This document shows positions 38,536 through 47,840 of a stretch of 64,000 nucleotides of DNA, in pieces. How positions within the stretch are numbered: position 1 is the stretch's first letter; each line of letters opens with the position of its first letter. The notes beneath the pieces are model-generated. The model was not told where the DNA came from and searched no databases. It saw only the letters and a list, made by a program, of their open reading frames with translations. Position numbers and translations under genes: made by a program. The stretch is from Bacteroidia bacterium (GTDB taxonomy: Bacteria > Bacteroidota > Bacteroidia > AKYH767-A > OLB10), in contig JAXLTL010000011.1 of the NCBI GenBank assembly GCA_046330075.1, positions 27,243-91,242 of the forward strand, written 5' to 3'.

Positions 38536-38582
38536 ACTCCTTACGTCCCGTTTTTTTCCGCTGACGTAAGGAGTTCTTTTTT
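38536..38582 (+). terminator. rho-independent terminator after the PhoD-like gene
   Basis: actccttacgtc ... gacgtaaggagt stem followed by tctttttt. Confidence 0.75.
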
Positions 38583-38589
38583 ACTTTTG
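38582..38589 (+). promoter_or_regulatory. Bacteroidota -7 box upstream of the prolyl oligopeptidase gene
   Basis: TACTTTTG, 20 nt upstream of the ATG at 38610. Confidence 0.5.
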
Positions 38590-38609
38590 ATTGCTCAATC
38601 CGACGTCAC

Positions 38610-39617
38610 ATGTACCTCATGAAACCGGGAGCGATCCTCCTCCTTCTTTGCACCTTCTTTATGACCCAGGCACAAACCCTGCGCTATCCTGTTACACGCA
38701 AAACAGATCAACAGGACAATTATCACGGCACTCTTGTAAATGACCCCTATCGCTGGCTGGAGGCAGACACCGCGGAAGAGGTGAAAGCCTGGGTGGAAGC
38801 ACAGAATAAAGTCACTTTCGACTATCTCTCCAAACTTCCGGGAAGAGAAAAATTCAAAAACCGTCTCTCCGAAATTCTCAATTACGAACGCTACTCTGCA
38901 CCAAGCCGTGCAGGCGAATATTATTTCTTCAGCAAGAACGACGGGCTGCAGAATCAATCGGTGATATACTATCAGAAGGGCCTCGAGGGAACACCGAAAG
39001 TATTCCTTGATCCCAATACCCTTACCAAGGATGGTACGGCAGCGGTGAGCATGCTTGGTTACAGCAACGATCATAAGTATGTTGCCTATGCCATCAACCA
39101 GAGCGGCTCCGACTGGCAAACCATCAAAGTGCGCCGGATCGAAGACGCCACCGATATGCCCGATCAGCTCGACTGGGTAAAATTCAGCGGCGCTTCGTGG
39201 TTTAAAGACGGATTCTTTTACTCACGGTACCCCACCCCCGAAAAAGGAACAGAGTTCAGCGGGAAAAATGAATTCCATCAGGTATGGTATCATCAGATGG
39301 GTACTCCTCAATCGAAGGATCAGCTCATCTTTGAAGACAAAACACAACCCCTGCGCTACTATGGCACCGGAGTGACAGAAGACGAACATTATCTCTTCGT
39401 GTATGTTTCACAAGGCACTTACGGTACAGAAATCTTCTGGAAAGATCTCACCAAACCCGAAAGCAAACTGCAGCTCCTCTTCAAAGGATTTGAACACGAA
39501 TACGGAATTATCGATAACATCGGCAGCCGTATCCTTGTGAGCACCAATCATGGTGCGATGAATAATCATATCGTGAGTCTGGATCTGAATACATTCACTC
39601 CGGATAAAACCATATGA
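38610..39617 (+). CDS. prolyl oligopeptidase (S9A), N-terminal and beta-propeller fragment, ends at a frameshift
   Basis: Signal peptide, then YPVTRKTDQQDNYHGTLVNDPYRWLE (POP N-terminus) and propeller repeats. The stop at 39615-39617 is followed by the in-sense continuation in the +1 frame. Confidence 0.85.
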   Translation: MYLMKPGAILLLLCTFFMTQAQTLRYPVTRKTDQQDNYHGTLVNDPYRWLEADTAEEVKAWVEAQNKVTFDYLSKLPGREKFKNRLSEILNYERYSAPSRAGEYYFFSKNDGLQNQSVIYYQKGLEGTPKVFLDPNTLTKDGTAAVSMLGYSNDHKYVAYAINQSGSDWQTIKVRRIEDATDMPDQLDWVKFSGASWFKDGFFYSRYPTPEKGTEFSGKNEFHQVWYHQMGTPQSKDQLIFEDKTQPLRYYGTGVTEDEHYLFVYVSQGTYGTEIFWKDLTKPESKLQLLFKGFEHEYGIIDNIGSRILVSTNHGAMNNHIVSLDLNTFTPDKTI

Positions 39618-39630
39618 ATCACAATGGAAA

Positions 39631-40734
39631 GTGATCGTACCTGAAACGAAATCGCTGCTGGAGAGTGCCAATACTGCCGGAGGAAAACTCTTCCTCAATT
39701 ACCTGCAGGATGTTTCTTCGCATGTGTATCAATACACTTATGAAGGAGTGAAAGAGCGGGAAATTATCCTGCCCGCCATTGGAACAGCAGCCGGCTTCGG
39801 CGGTTACAAGGAAGACAAAGAAGTTTTCTTCACTTTCACTTCGTTCACCTATCCTCCGGCCATCTACCGGTATGACATCGCCAGCGGGAAAGCTGCGCTG
39901 TTCCGTAGTTCCAACGTAAAATTCAATCCTGATGATTATACCACCGAACAGGTTTTCTACCCGAGTAAGGATGGCACCAAAGTGCCGATGTTTATCATCT
40001 ACAAAAAAGGGCTTCAGAAAAACAGTATGAACCCCACTTTGCTGTATGCCTACGGCGGATTCAACGTCAACCTTACTCCGTCTTTTAGTGCATCGCGTGT
40101 GGTTTTACTTGAACAAGGAGCAGTGTATGCGATGGCCAATATCCGCGGAGGCGGTGAATACGGAGAAGCCTGGCACCGTGGTGGTATGCTCGAGAAAAAA
40201 CAAAATGTATTTGATGATTTCATTGCGGCCGGCGAATATCTGGTAAAAGAAAAATATACTTCACCGGCTCGTCTGGCTGTACAGGGTGGTTCCAATGGCG
40301 GACTCCTCATCGGTGCTGTGGTGAATCAGCGTCCCGATTTATTCAAAGTTGCCTTCCCGCAAGTGGGTGTGATGGATATGCTCCGCTTTCATAAGTTTAC
40401 TGTTGGCTGGGGCTGGGTTGTTGAATATGGCTCAAGTGATAGTCTGCAGCAGTTCGGCTATCTCTATAAGTATTCTCCCGTTCACAACATCAAACCGGTA
40501 AGTTACCCTGCGGTAATGGTGACCACCGCCGACCATGACGACCGTGTGGTGCCTGCACATTCGTTCAAATACATTGCTACCTTACAGGAAAATCAGAAAG
40601 GACCGGCTCCTGTTTTGATTCGGATCGATGTAAAAGCCGGACATGGAGCAGGAAAACCACTCAGCAAAACCATTGAAGAAACTGCCGACACTTACGCATT
40701 CATGTTCCATAACATGGGCGTGGAAGTAAAGTAA
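39631..40734 (+). CDS. prolyl oligopeptidase (S9A), C-terminal catalytic fragment
   Basis: YAYGGFNV, ANIRGGGEYG..WH, catalytic GGSNGGLL, ...TADHDDRV, ...AGHGAG. This frame is open only from 39589. Confidence 0.85.
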   Translation: MIVPETKSLLESANTAGGKLFLNYLQDVSSHVYQYTYEGVKEREIILPAIGTAAGFGGYKEDKEVFFTFTSFTYPPAIYRYDIASGKAALFRSSNVKFNPDDYTTEQVFYPSKDGTKVPMFIIYKKGLQKNSMNPTLLYAYGGFNVNLTPSFSASRVVLLEQGAVYAMANIRGGGEYGEAWHRGGMLEKKQNVFDDFIAAGEYLVKEKYTSPARLAVQGGSNGGLLIGAVVNQRPDLFKVAFPQVGVMDMLRFHKFTVGWGWVVEYGSSDSLQQFGYLYKYSPVHNIKPVSYPAVMVTTADHDDRVVPAHSFKYIATLQENQKGPAPVLIRIDVKAGHGAGKPLSKTIEETADTYAFMFHNMGVEVK

Positions 40735-40745
40735 CTATATCTGCT

Positions 40746-42027
40746 ATGAATATTCTCCTACTCGGATCCGGCGGCCGCGAACATGCTTTCGCACGAAGTC
40801 TGGCTGCCAGTCCCCGCTGTACCAGCTTATATCGCTCCCGGCAATGCCGGAACAGCCTTGCACGGAACTAACGTTGACGTATCACCGAATGATTTCGGGA
40901 AACTGAAAGAATTCTGTCTGGAGCGAAACATCTCAATGGTGGTGGTTGGACCGGAAGATCCGCTGGTAAATGGCGTCACCGATTTTTTTGAAGGTGATGC
41001 TTCACTGAAATCCATTCCAGTGATTGGTCCCTCCAAAGCCGGTGCGACCCTGGAAGGCAGCAAGGACTTCTCGAAAGCCTTCATGAAACGTCACGATGTT
41101 CCGACGGCGGCCTATGAAAGTTTCACCTTTGCCGGCCTGGAAGAAGGATATAAATTTCTGGAGACCCTTCGTCCGCCGTATGTATTAAAGGCCGACGGAC
41201 TCGCCGCAGGAAAAGGCGTACTCATCATTGATGAACTCGAAGAAGCCAAAGCTGAATTAAAATCGATGCTGGGCGATGCGAAGTTTGGCAAAGCCGGAGA
41301 GAAAGTGGTGATCGAAGAATTCCTTCACGGTATTGAAGTATCCGTTTTTGTTTTAACTGACGGAAAAAACTACAAAATTCTTCCAGAAGCAAAAGACTAT
41401 AAACGCATCGGTGATGGCGACAAAGGACTCAACACCGGAGGCATGGGTGCCGTATCTCCCGTTCCGTTTGTGGACACAACGTTCATGCGAAAAGTAGAAG
41501 AGCGGATCGTTAAGCCAACGATTGAAGGCCTGGCGAAAGAAAAAATTGGCTATCGCGGATTCATCTTCATCGGTCTGATGAACGTAAACGGAGAACCTTA
41601 TGTCATCGAATACAACTGCCGCATGGGTGATCCCGAAACAGAAGCCGTGCTGCCGCGCATCCAGACAGATTTTGTTGAACTCATGGATGCGGTTGCGAAG
41701 CAACAACTCGATACGATTACACTGGAAATTGATCCGCGTACTTCCGTCACGGTGGTAATGGTATCGGGCGGTTATCCCGGCAACTACGAGAAAGGATTTG
41801 AGATCACACACCTCGACAAAGCCGGTGGCACCGTCGTATTTCATGCCGGCACAAAAGCATCCGGAAATAAAGTGGTGACCAGCGGCGGACGTGTGCTGGC
41901 GCTTACGTCGCTCGGCAAGTCCATCGAAGAAGCCAGAGAACAATCGTATGCGGCAGCACTCGCTATCAACTTCGACTATGCTTATTACCGCAAAGACATT
42001 GGCCTCGACCTGATGGCGCTCGCATGA
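40746..42027 (+). CDS. purD: phosphoribosylamine--glycine ligase PurD (frameshift near 40812-40815)
   Basis: ATG at 40746 gives MNILLLGSGGREHAFARSLAAS. The remainder (YIAPGNAGTA...ATP-grasp...GGRVLALT) is in the +1 frame (ORF 40783..42027). Confidence 0.9.
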
Positions 42028-42046
42028 ACAACAAGCGTTAAGCAAG

Positions 42047-42772
42047 ATGCTGCAGAAAACCCGTGCCATTGTTCTTGACGTAACGCCCTATGCGGAAGCC
42101 AGCGTTATTGTGAAAGCCTACACCGACACGCATGGACTGCAGAGTTTCCTCGTGAATGGTGTACGCAAACAGAAAGCACGCTTTGCCAACAACCTCTTCC
42201 AGCCGCTCACGCTCATTGAAGTAGTCGCCTACTTCAAAAAAGCAGGAGGTCTGCACAGAGTCGCAGAAGTGGCGGCCTCTCCCCCGCTCGTACACATTCC
42301 CTACGACACGATTAAAACCACCATGGCCTTATTCATGGCGGAAGTGTTATACAGAAGCGTAAAGGAAGAAGAAGCCAATCCCGACTTATTCGGATTCATT
42401 GATCATGCGGTACAGATGCTCGACTTACATCCGGAGACGGCCAGCCGGTTTCATCTCTGCTTTTGCATCCAACTCAGTCGGTATTTAGGATTCTATCCCA
42501 GCGGAAGATACTCGGCACTCTCCCCCTGGTTTGATTTAAAAGAAGGTGTCTTCAGAGAAGGTCGTCCGATGCATCCTTATTTCCTCGAGCACGAACTCAG
42601 TCAGCGTTTTGATGAACTCCTGCAGTTATCGCTCGAAAACATCCATGAAATAAAAATGAGCGCCGATGAACGCCGTAAGCTCTTACAAGGACTCATCACC
42701 TATTTTGAATTGCACCACACCCAGGGATTCTCCATCCGCTCGCACGAAGTGTTGATGGAACTGATGGGGTGA
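42047..42772 (+). CDS. recO: DNA repair protein RecO
   Basis: MLQKTRAIVLDVTPYAEASVIVKAYTDTHGLQSFLVNGVRKQK... and a length of about 240 aa, typical of Bacteroidota RecO. Confidence 0.85.
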   Translation: MLQKTRAIVLDVTPYAEASVIVKAYTDTHGLQSFLVNGVRKQKARFANNLFQPLTLIEVVAYFKKAGGLHRVAEVAASPPLVHIPYDTIKTTMALFMAEVLYRSVKEEEANPDLFGFIDHAVQMLDLHPETASRFHLCFCIQLSRYLGFYPSGRYSALSPWFDLKEGVFREGRPMHPYFLEHELSQRFDELLQLSLENIHEIKMSADERRKLLQGLITYFELHHTQGFSIRSHEVLMELMG

Positions 42773-42821
42773 TTCATTGCCGTAGGGTCGTTGCATGCAA
42801 CGACCCTACGGCAATGAATCA
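42770..42821. terminator. 52-bp perfect palindrome between convergent recO and the DUF5777-like gene
   Basis: tgattcattgccgtagggtcgttgca|tgcaacgaccctacggcaatgaatca. The outermost triplets are the two stop codons. Confidence 0.7.
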
Positions 42822-43707
42822 AATCGTAAACACCCGCGAAATATTAAATCCGATGCGGATGCCGCCATCGCCCCATTTCGTGGTGGTGTACGGGAGGAAC
42901 TGATTTTCGTTCAGGCCAAAGGAATTGGTGACATGCACCTGAAAAACGTGTCCGCCGGTTTCAATTTCAAAACCAATACCGAAGCTATCGTAGTAATCGT
43001 TGTCGCTGTACTTATTGAAATGTGTTGCGTACTCTGCTGTGACAGCGAGGCTGCGGGTAAACTTATAGCGAATAACACCTGCGATGCCATAAATATCGTT
43101 GCCATCCTTGATATCATTCACCATGTTGTAATGTACAAACCATGGTGCTACCTGGAGCGAGAAATTTTTTCCGAATTTTCTTCCGAAGATGGCCTGATGC
43201 ACATACGACAATCGCTGATATCCTTTCTGGTATTTATCGTAACCGGTTAAGTTCTTGCCCGGATCTTTTATAGCAGTATAATACATACCCGAAAACCAGG
43301 TCAGACTCAGCGGCATGCTGCCGTCTTCTGTCTGGCGCAGTACTCTGTATTTGGCAAAACCGTCGAACATCTTCTCATAGTTGGAGCGACCAATACCCAC
43401 CATCAGGCGACCATCATAGCTGTATTCGAGTCCGAGGCGGATCGTCGCACCACCATCCAGACCAAACCACTCGTAGGTACCACCATTGATATCACCGAAG
43501 CGGTGAGATGCGCACGTCCAGTGTACGCGGGCCGCATACTTCTATGGTATGAAAATTGACAACGCGTGTAGTTTTAAAAGTCGCGATGGTGAGGGTCTTA
43601 TCTTTATGCTCTGCCTCAGCGAGAATTTTATCCGCATCATCCTGAGCCAATGCCGGCATCAAAGAGGCAGAAAGCAAAAGAGCGAATGTATATTTTAGGT
43701 AATTCAT
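42819..43707 (-). CDS. DUF5777-like outer-membrane beta-barrel protein (frameshift near 43500-43512)
   Basis: The signal peptide and LDVRIS are in ORF 43492..43707. The sense reading continues in another frame as HRFGDINGGTYEWFGLDGGATIRLGLEYSYDGRLMVGIGRS... into ORF 42819..43403, which ends ...GFNISRVFTI. Confidence 0.65.
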
Positions 43708-43712
43708 AGCCG

Positions 43713-44117
43713 TTAGTTGTTTTGTTTTCCTTCGTCAATCCATTTCTGAATCACCAGTATACTGCAATCATCCAGTTTACCACCTCCCTTGGGCATCGGA
43801 GATGCTCCATTTTCGTGACGGATGGCATCCATCAGATTATCGGATGCAGCATCTGAAACCTGTTGCCAGGTCACTAACGGAATACCACTGGATGAACCAT
43901 TGCCATGACAGGAAGAGGCAGAGCTCCCGGTGCTGCCGCAATAGGCCGTCATCAGGGGAGCAATTCGCCCGCTGTAGGAGATCACTCCCGCCGTATCACA
44001 ATTGCCGTTTTGTCCGAAATTGGGATTCAGCTCCTCCGCATTATCGTAATAGCAGGAACTGAACATCAGCATCGATGCCAGCACTGCAAATATTCCCGGA
44101 TAAATAAATTTTTTCAT
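43713..44117 (-). CDS. lipoprotein with planctomycete-type cytochrome-c-like (PSCyt1-like) domain, non-canonical Cys-X9-Cys-His
   Basis: The likely start is MKKFIYPGIFAVLASMLMFSSC (lipobox). YCGSTGSSASSCHG, ...SPMPKGGGKL..., C-terminus KWIDEGKQNN. Paralog of 44131..44499. Confidence 0.6.
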   Translation of the reverse strand: MKKFIYPGIFAVLASMLMFSSCYYDNAEELNPNFGQNGNCDTAGVISYSGRIAPLMTAYCGSTGSSASSCHGNGSSSGIPLVTWQQVSDAASDNLMDAIRHENGASPMPKGGGKLDDCSILVIQKWIDEGKQNN

Positions 44118-44130
44118 GTGTTGCGCCCGA

Positions 44131-44499
44131 TTAATTGTTTTTTGCTCCCTGCTCAATCCACCAATAAATAAGTTTCACATCTTCGGGTGCCACCTGCTCA
44201 TACCCGCTGGGAGGCATTCGCTCCTCAACCACTATGCCTTTATTTGTGATCAATTTATAGAGTTCACTGCTGTGAGCATTTCCGGATTTCACATATCCCA
44301 TCACTGCTTCGTAAGTTTCGAGAGAAAACTCTCCACCGGCTGCGGCATGGCAACCACTGAAATTACAATGCGAAGAGATAATTCGCTGTACATCGTTACT
44401 GTAACTGATTTCCGGTACGCCGGTTAGATCGGGTTCTGTGGAACAGGAACTAAAGCCTGTAAAAGCAAGGAGGCACCCTCCTACAATCCATTTTTTCAT
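44131..44499 (-). CDS. lipoprotein with PSCyt1-like cytochrome-c-like domain, Cys-X4-Cys-His
   Basis: MKKWIVGGCLLAFTGFSSC lipobox. SSHCNFSGCHAAAGG, ...ERMPPSG..., C-terminus YWWIEQGAKNN. Confidence 0.65.
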   Translation of the reverse strand: MKKWIVGGCLLAFTGFSSCSTEPDLTGVPEISYSNDVQRIISSHCNFSGCHAAAGGEFSLETYEAVMGYVKSGNAHSSELYKLITNKGIVVEERMPPSGYEQVAPEDVKLIYWWIEQGAKNN

Positions 44500-44666
44500 T
44501 TCCTCTGGCAGATTTGGGCAAATTTATTGGTATTTCCACTGCTTTTTCAGCCAATTCAGGGATTTCATTATTAAATCATCAACAATTTGCTGTCTATTTC
44601 AGGTCAAAACCACATAAAATAGGGCCGGAAAAGCGTCAGGGTGTGGCAAAATCGGCATCCTTTCCG

Positions 44667-44674
44667 TACTTTTG
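44667..44674 (+). promoter_or_regulatory. Bacteroidota -7 box upstream of purF
   Basis: TACTTTTG, 17 nt upstream of the ATG at 44692. Confidence 0.5.
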
Positions 44675-44691
44675 CAACTTAGAAGAGAACC

Positions 44692-46590
44692 ATGAGCGAT
44701 GCTCTTTACCATGAGTGCGGAATTGCTTTAGTCCGCCTCCTTAAACCCCTCGATTATTATCTCGAAAAGTACGGCACGCCCCTCTACGGGGTGAATAAAT
44801 TGTCGTTGCTGATGGAGAAGCAGCATAACCGCGGACAAGACGGCGCCGGTGTAGCCTGTATCAAGTTCGATATGGCTCCGGGTGAGAAGTACATCAACCG
44901 TCACCGTTCGGTGGCCAAGAATGCGATTGCTGAGATTTTCGGTGTCATCAACGACCCGCTGCAGGCGCTGGCAAAGAAGGATCCTGCAAAACTGCAGGAT
45001 TGCAACTGGCTGAAGAAAAACTACGATTTTCTGGGCGAGTTATTGTTAGGACATCTGCGCTATGGCACGTATGGCGGAAACAATATTGAGAGCTGTCATC
45101 CTTTTTTGCGTCAGAATAACTGGATGACACGTAATCTCGTGGTGGCCGGTAATTTTAACCTCACCAATGTGGAAGAGCTGTTCAATAACCTGGTGGAGAT
45201 CGGACAGCATCCGCGCGAAAAAGCGGATACGGTAACCGTTATGGAAAATATCGGACACTGGCTCGACGAAGAAAACGATTTACTGTACTATCAATACAAG
45301 CAAGAGGGCTTTACGAAAAAACAGATATCTCCGATTATTGCTGAAAAAATTGACATTGCCAATATTCTGCGCCGCTCTTCGAAATACTGGGACGGTGGTT
45401 ATGTGATGGCCGGAATGATTGGACATGGAGATGCCTTTGTATTGAGAGATCCTGCCGGTATTCGTCCCGCCTGTTATTATGCAGATGATGAAGTGGTAGT
45501 GGTTACCTCTGAGCGTCCGCAGATACAAACGGCTTTCAACGTTCCTGCTGAGTCGATCCGTGAAATTAAACCCGGCCATGCGCTGATCATCCGTAAAAAC
45601 GGAAAAGTATCAGAGGAGATGGTCAAAGAACCACTCGAGCGTAAATCATGTTCCTTTGAACGCATTTATTTCTCCAGAGGAAGTGACAAAGACATTTACC
45701 GGGAACGTCAGCAACTTGGAAAAAATCTTTGTCCATCCATTCTCAACTCCATCGACCGCGACCTGCGCCATACCGTGTTCTCGTATATTCCGAATACCGC
45801 AGAAGTTGCCTTTTACGGAATGATCAAGGGCATGGAAGAATACCTGGCCGGTGTGAAGAAACAGAAGATTCTCGCCCTCGGTCCCAACCCCGACGAGCAG
45901 AAGCTCACCGAAATTCTCGCCATACATACCCGCGCTGAAAAGATCGCCATCAAGGATGCCAAACTGCGCACCTTCATCACCAACGATACCGATCGCAGTG
46001 ATATGGTGGCGCACGTGTATGATATTACATACGGCACCGTTGAAGCCGGCGTGGATAACCTCGTGGTGATTGATGACAGTATTGTCCGCGGCACCACACT
46101 ACGCAACAGCATCATCCGCATGCTGGACCGTTTGAATCCGAAAAAGATTGTGATCGTTTCTTCGGCACCGCAGATTCGTTATCCTGATTGCTACGGCATC
46201 GACATGGCGAAGATCGGCGATCTCATCGCGTTTAAAGCAGCGATCAGTCTGATCGAAGAACGCAACATGGAACACCTGCTCGACGAAGTTTTTGAAGCCT
46301 GTAAAGCAGAAATCAGCAAGGGTGGAGATGCAGAAAATGTGGTGAAACGTATTTATGCACCCTTCACAGCCGAAGAAATTTCCGCACGCATCGCGAAGCT
46401 GGTGACACCACCCGACTGTCATGCCGAAGTAGAAGTGATCTTCCAGAAAATAGAAGATCTTCATCAGGCTTGTCCGGGACATACCGGCGACTGGTATTTC
46501 AGTGGTAATTATCCTACACCCGGCGGTAACCGCGTTTCCTGTAAAGCCTTTATCAATTACATGACGGGGCAGAATGAGAGGGCGTATTGA
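44692..46590 (+). CDS. purF: amidophosphoribosyltransferase (long Bacteroidota-type PurF)
   Basis: MSDALYHECGI (N-terminal Cys nucleophile context), NRGQDGAG, GHLRYGT, PRTase motif LVVIDDSIVRGTT. Confidence 0.93.
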   Translation: MSDALYHECGIALVRLLKPLDYYLEKYGTPLYGVNKLSLLMEKQHNRGQDGAGVACIKFDMAPGEKYINRHRSVAKNAIAEIFGVINDPLQALAKKDPAKLQDCNWLKKNYDFLGELLLGHLRYGTYGGNNIESCHPFLRQNNWMTRNLVVAGNFNLTNVEELFNNLVEIGQHPREKADTVTVMENIGHWLDEENDLLYYQYKQEGFTKKQISPIIAEKIDIANILRRSSKYWDGGYVMAGMIGHGDAFVLRDPAGIRPACYYADDEVVVVTSERPQIQTAFNVPAESIREIKPGHALIIRKNGKVSEEMVKEPLERKSCSFERIYFSRGSDKDIYRERQQLGKNLCPSILNSIDRDLRHTVFSYIPNTAEVAFYGMIKGMEEYLAGVKKQKILALGPNPDEQKLTEILAIHTRAEKIAIKDAKLRTFITNDTDRSDMVAHVYDITYGTVEAGVDNLVVIDDSIVRGTTLRNSIIRMLDRLNPKKIVIVSSAPQIRYPDCYGIDMAKIGDLIAFKAAISLIEERNMEHLLDEVFEACKAEISKGGDAENVVKRIYAPFTAEEISARIAKLVTPPDCHAEVEVIFQKIEDLHQACPGHTGDWYFSGNYPTPGGNRVSCKAFINYMTGQNERAY

Positions 46591-46599
46591 GTGATGCTT

Positions 46600-46637
46600 C
46601 GGTGGCTTCGTCCGATAGCTATCGGACGAAGCCACCG
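46600..46637. terminator. 38-bp perfect palindrome between convergent purF and nadD
   Basis: cggtggcttcgtccgatag|ctatcggacgaagccaccg. Confidence 0.7.
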
Positions 46638-46646
46638 GGGCGTCTA

Positions 46647-47222
46647 TCACTTCCTGTAAAAATTCATTTCCTCAATATAGCTGGCTACGGATTCCGGCAT
46701 CATAAAGCTGACATCTTTTCCATCCTTTATTGACTTGCGTATAAAACTGGAAGATATCTCCATGAGCGGAGCGTCGATCCATTTAACGCGGGGATGGGTT
46801 TTGAATTCACCGCCGTCATGTAACGGTCGCGGATATACGTAAATATTGTGATTCTCGAGAATGAGTTCGTAGTTTTTCCATTTTCTCAATCCTTCGATAT
46901 TGTCGGCGCCCATGATAAGTGAAAACTCATGCGTCGGGAATTTCTCCTGCAGATAGGCCAGCGTGACCACCGTATAGCTGGGCTTGGGGAGCTCGAATTC
47001 TATTTTAGAAGCCTTGAGTTTGCGGTACGAACCGATGGCCAGTTCCACGAGATGAAAACGGTGATAGTCCTGCAGCAAGGTGCCGGCTGGTTTCAATGGA
47101 TTGTGCGGAGAAACAACGAGCCAGATCTGGTCGAGGTCTGAGAATTCGGCGAGGTACTGGGCAATGACCATGTGTCCGTTGTGCACAGGATTAAAAGAGC
47201 CGAAATACAAGCCGATCTTCAT
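46647..47222 (-). CDS. nadD: nicotinate-nucleotide adenylyltransferase
   Basis: MKIGLYFGSFNPVHNGHMVIAQY..., ...ISSSFIR. Confidence 0.9.
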   Translation of the reverse strand: MKIGLYFGSFNPVHNGHMVIAQYLAEFSDLDQIWLVVSPHNPLKPAGTLLQDYHRFHLVELAIGSYRKLKASKIEFELPKPSYTVVTLAYLQEKFPTHEFSLIMGADNIEGLRKWKNYELILENHNIYVYPRPLHDGGEFKTHPRVKWIDAPLMEISSSFIRKSIKDGKDVSFMMPESVASYIEEMNFYRK

Positions 47223-47231
47223 GACAGCATC

Positions 47232-47840
47232 TTAATCTTCATCGGGTTCAGGGAAATCTTCCGCGAGGAAGGCACGTACCATCTCCACGGCTTCGCGTTT
47301 CGCATCATCCAGCACACTATTTACGATCACATGATTGAATTGAAACGCATATTGCATTTCCTTTTCTGCTTTGGACAGACGTTTGAAGAGACTGTCTTCG
47401 CTTTCAGTGGCACGGGCCACCAGCCGCTTATGCAAATCATCTACCGAAGGTGGCATTACAAATACATCGAGCAGCTGTCGTCCGAAATGTTTGCGGATCT
47501 GCAATCCACCTTCCACATCTACATCAAACAAAGCGATGTGATCATTGTTCAGAATGCGCTCTACTTCACTTTTAAGGGTGCCGTAATAACGGTCGGTATA
47601 TACTTCCTCCCACTCGAGGAAATCACCTTTCTCCACACGTGCGCGGAATTCATCAGGAGTGAGAAAATAATAATCCTTTCCATGTTCTTCATTTGCACGG
47701 GCGGGACGCGTGGTGGCTGAAATACTGAACCGCATCGCCGGAAAAACTTCCATGAGATGATGCACAATCGTGGTTTTTCCGCTGCCGCTTGGACCACAGA
47801 AGAGCACCAGTTTGTGACGAAAATTCGGGTTAATTTTCAC
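47232..47840 (-). CDS. gmk: guanylate kinase
   Basis: GPSGSGKTT, SATTRPARANEEHGKDYYF, EWEEVY...YGT. Confidence 0.9.
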   Translation of the reverse strand: MKINPNFRHKLVLFCGPSGSGKTTIVHHLMEVFPAMRFSISATTRPARANEEHGKDYYFLTPDEFRARVEKGDFLEWEEVYTDRYYGTLKSEVERILNNDHIALFDVDVEGGLQIRKHFGRQLLDVFVMPPSVDDLHKRLVARATESEDSLFKRLSKAEKEMQYAFQFNHVIVNSVLDDAKREAVEMVRAFLAEDFPEPDED

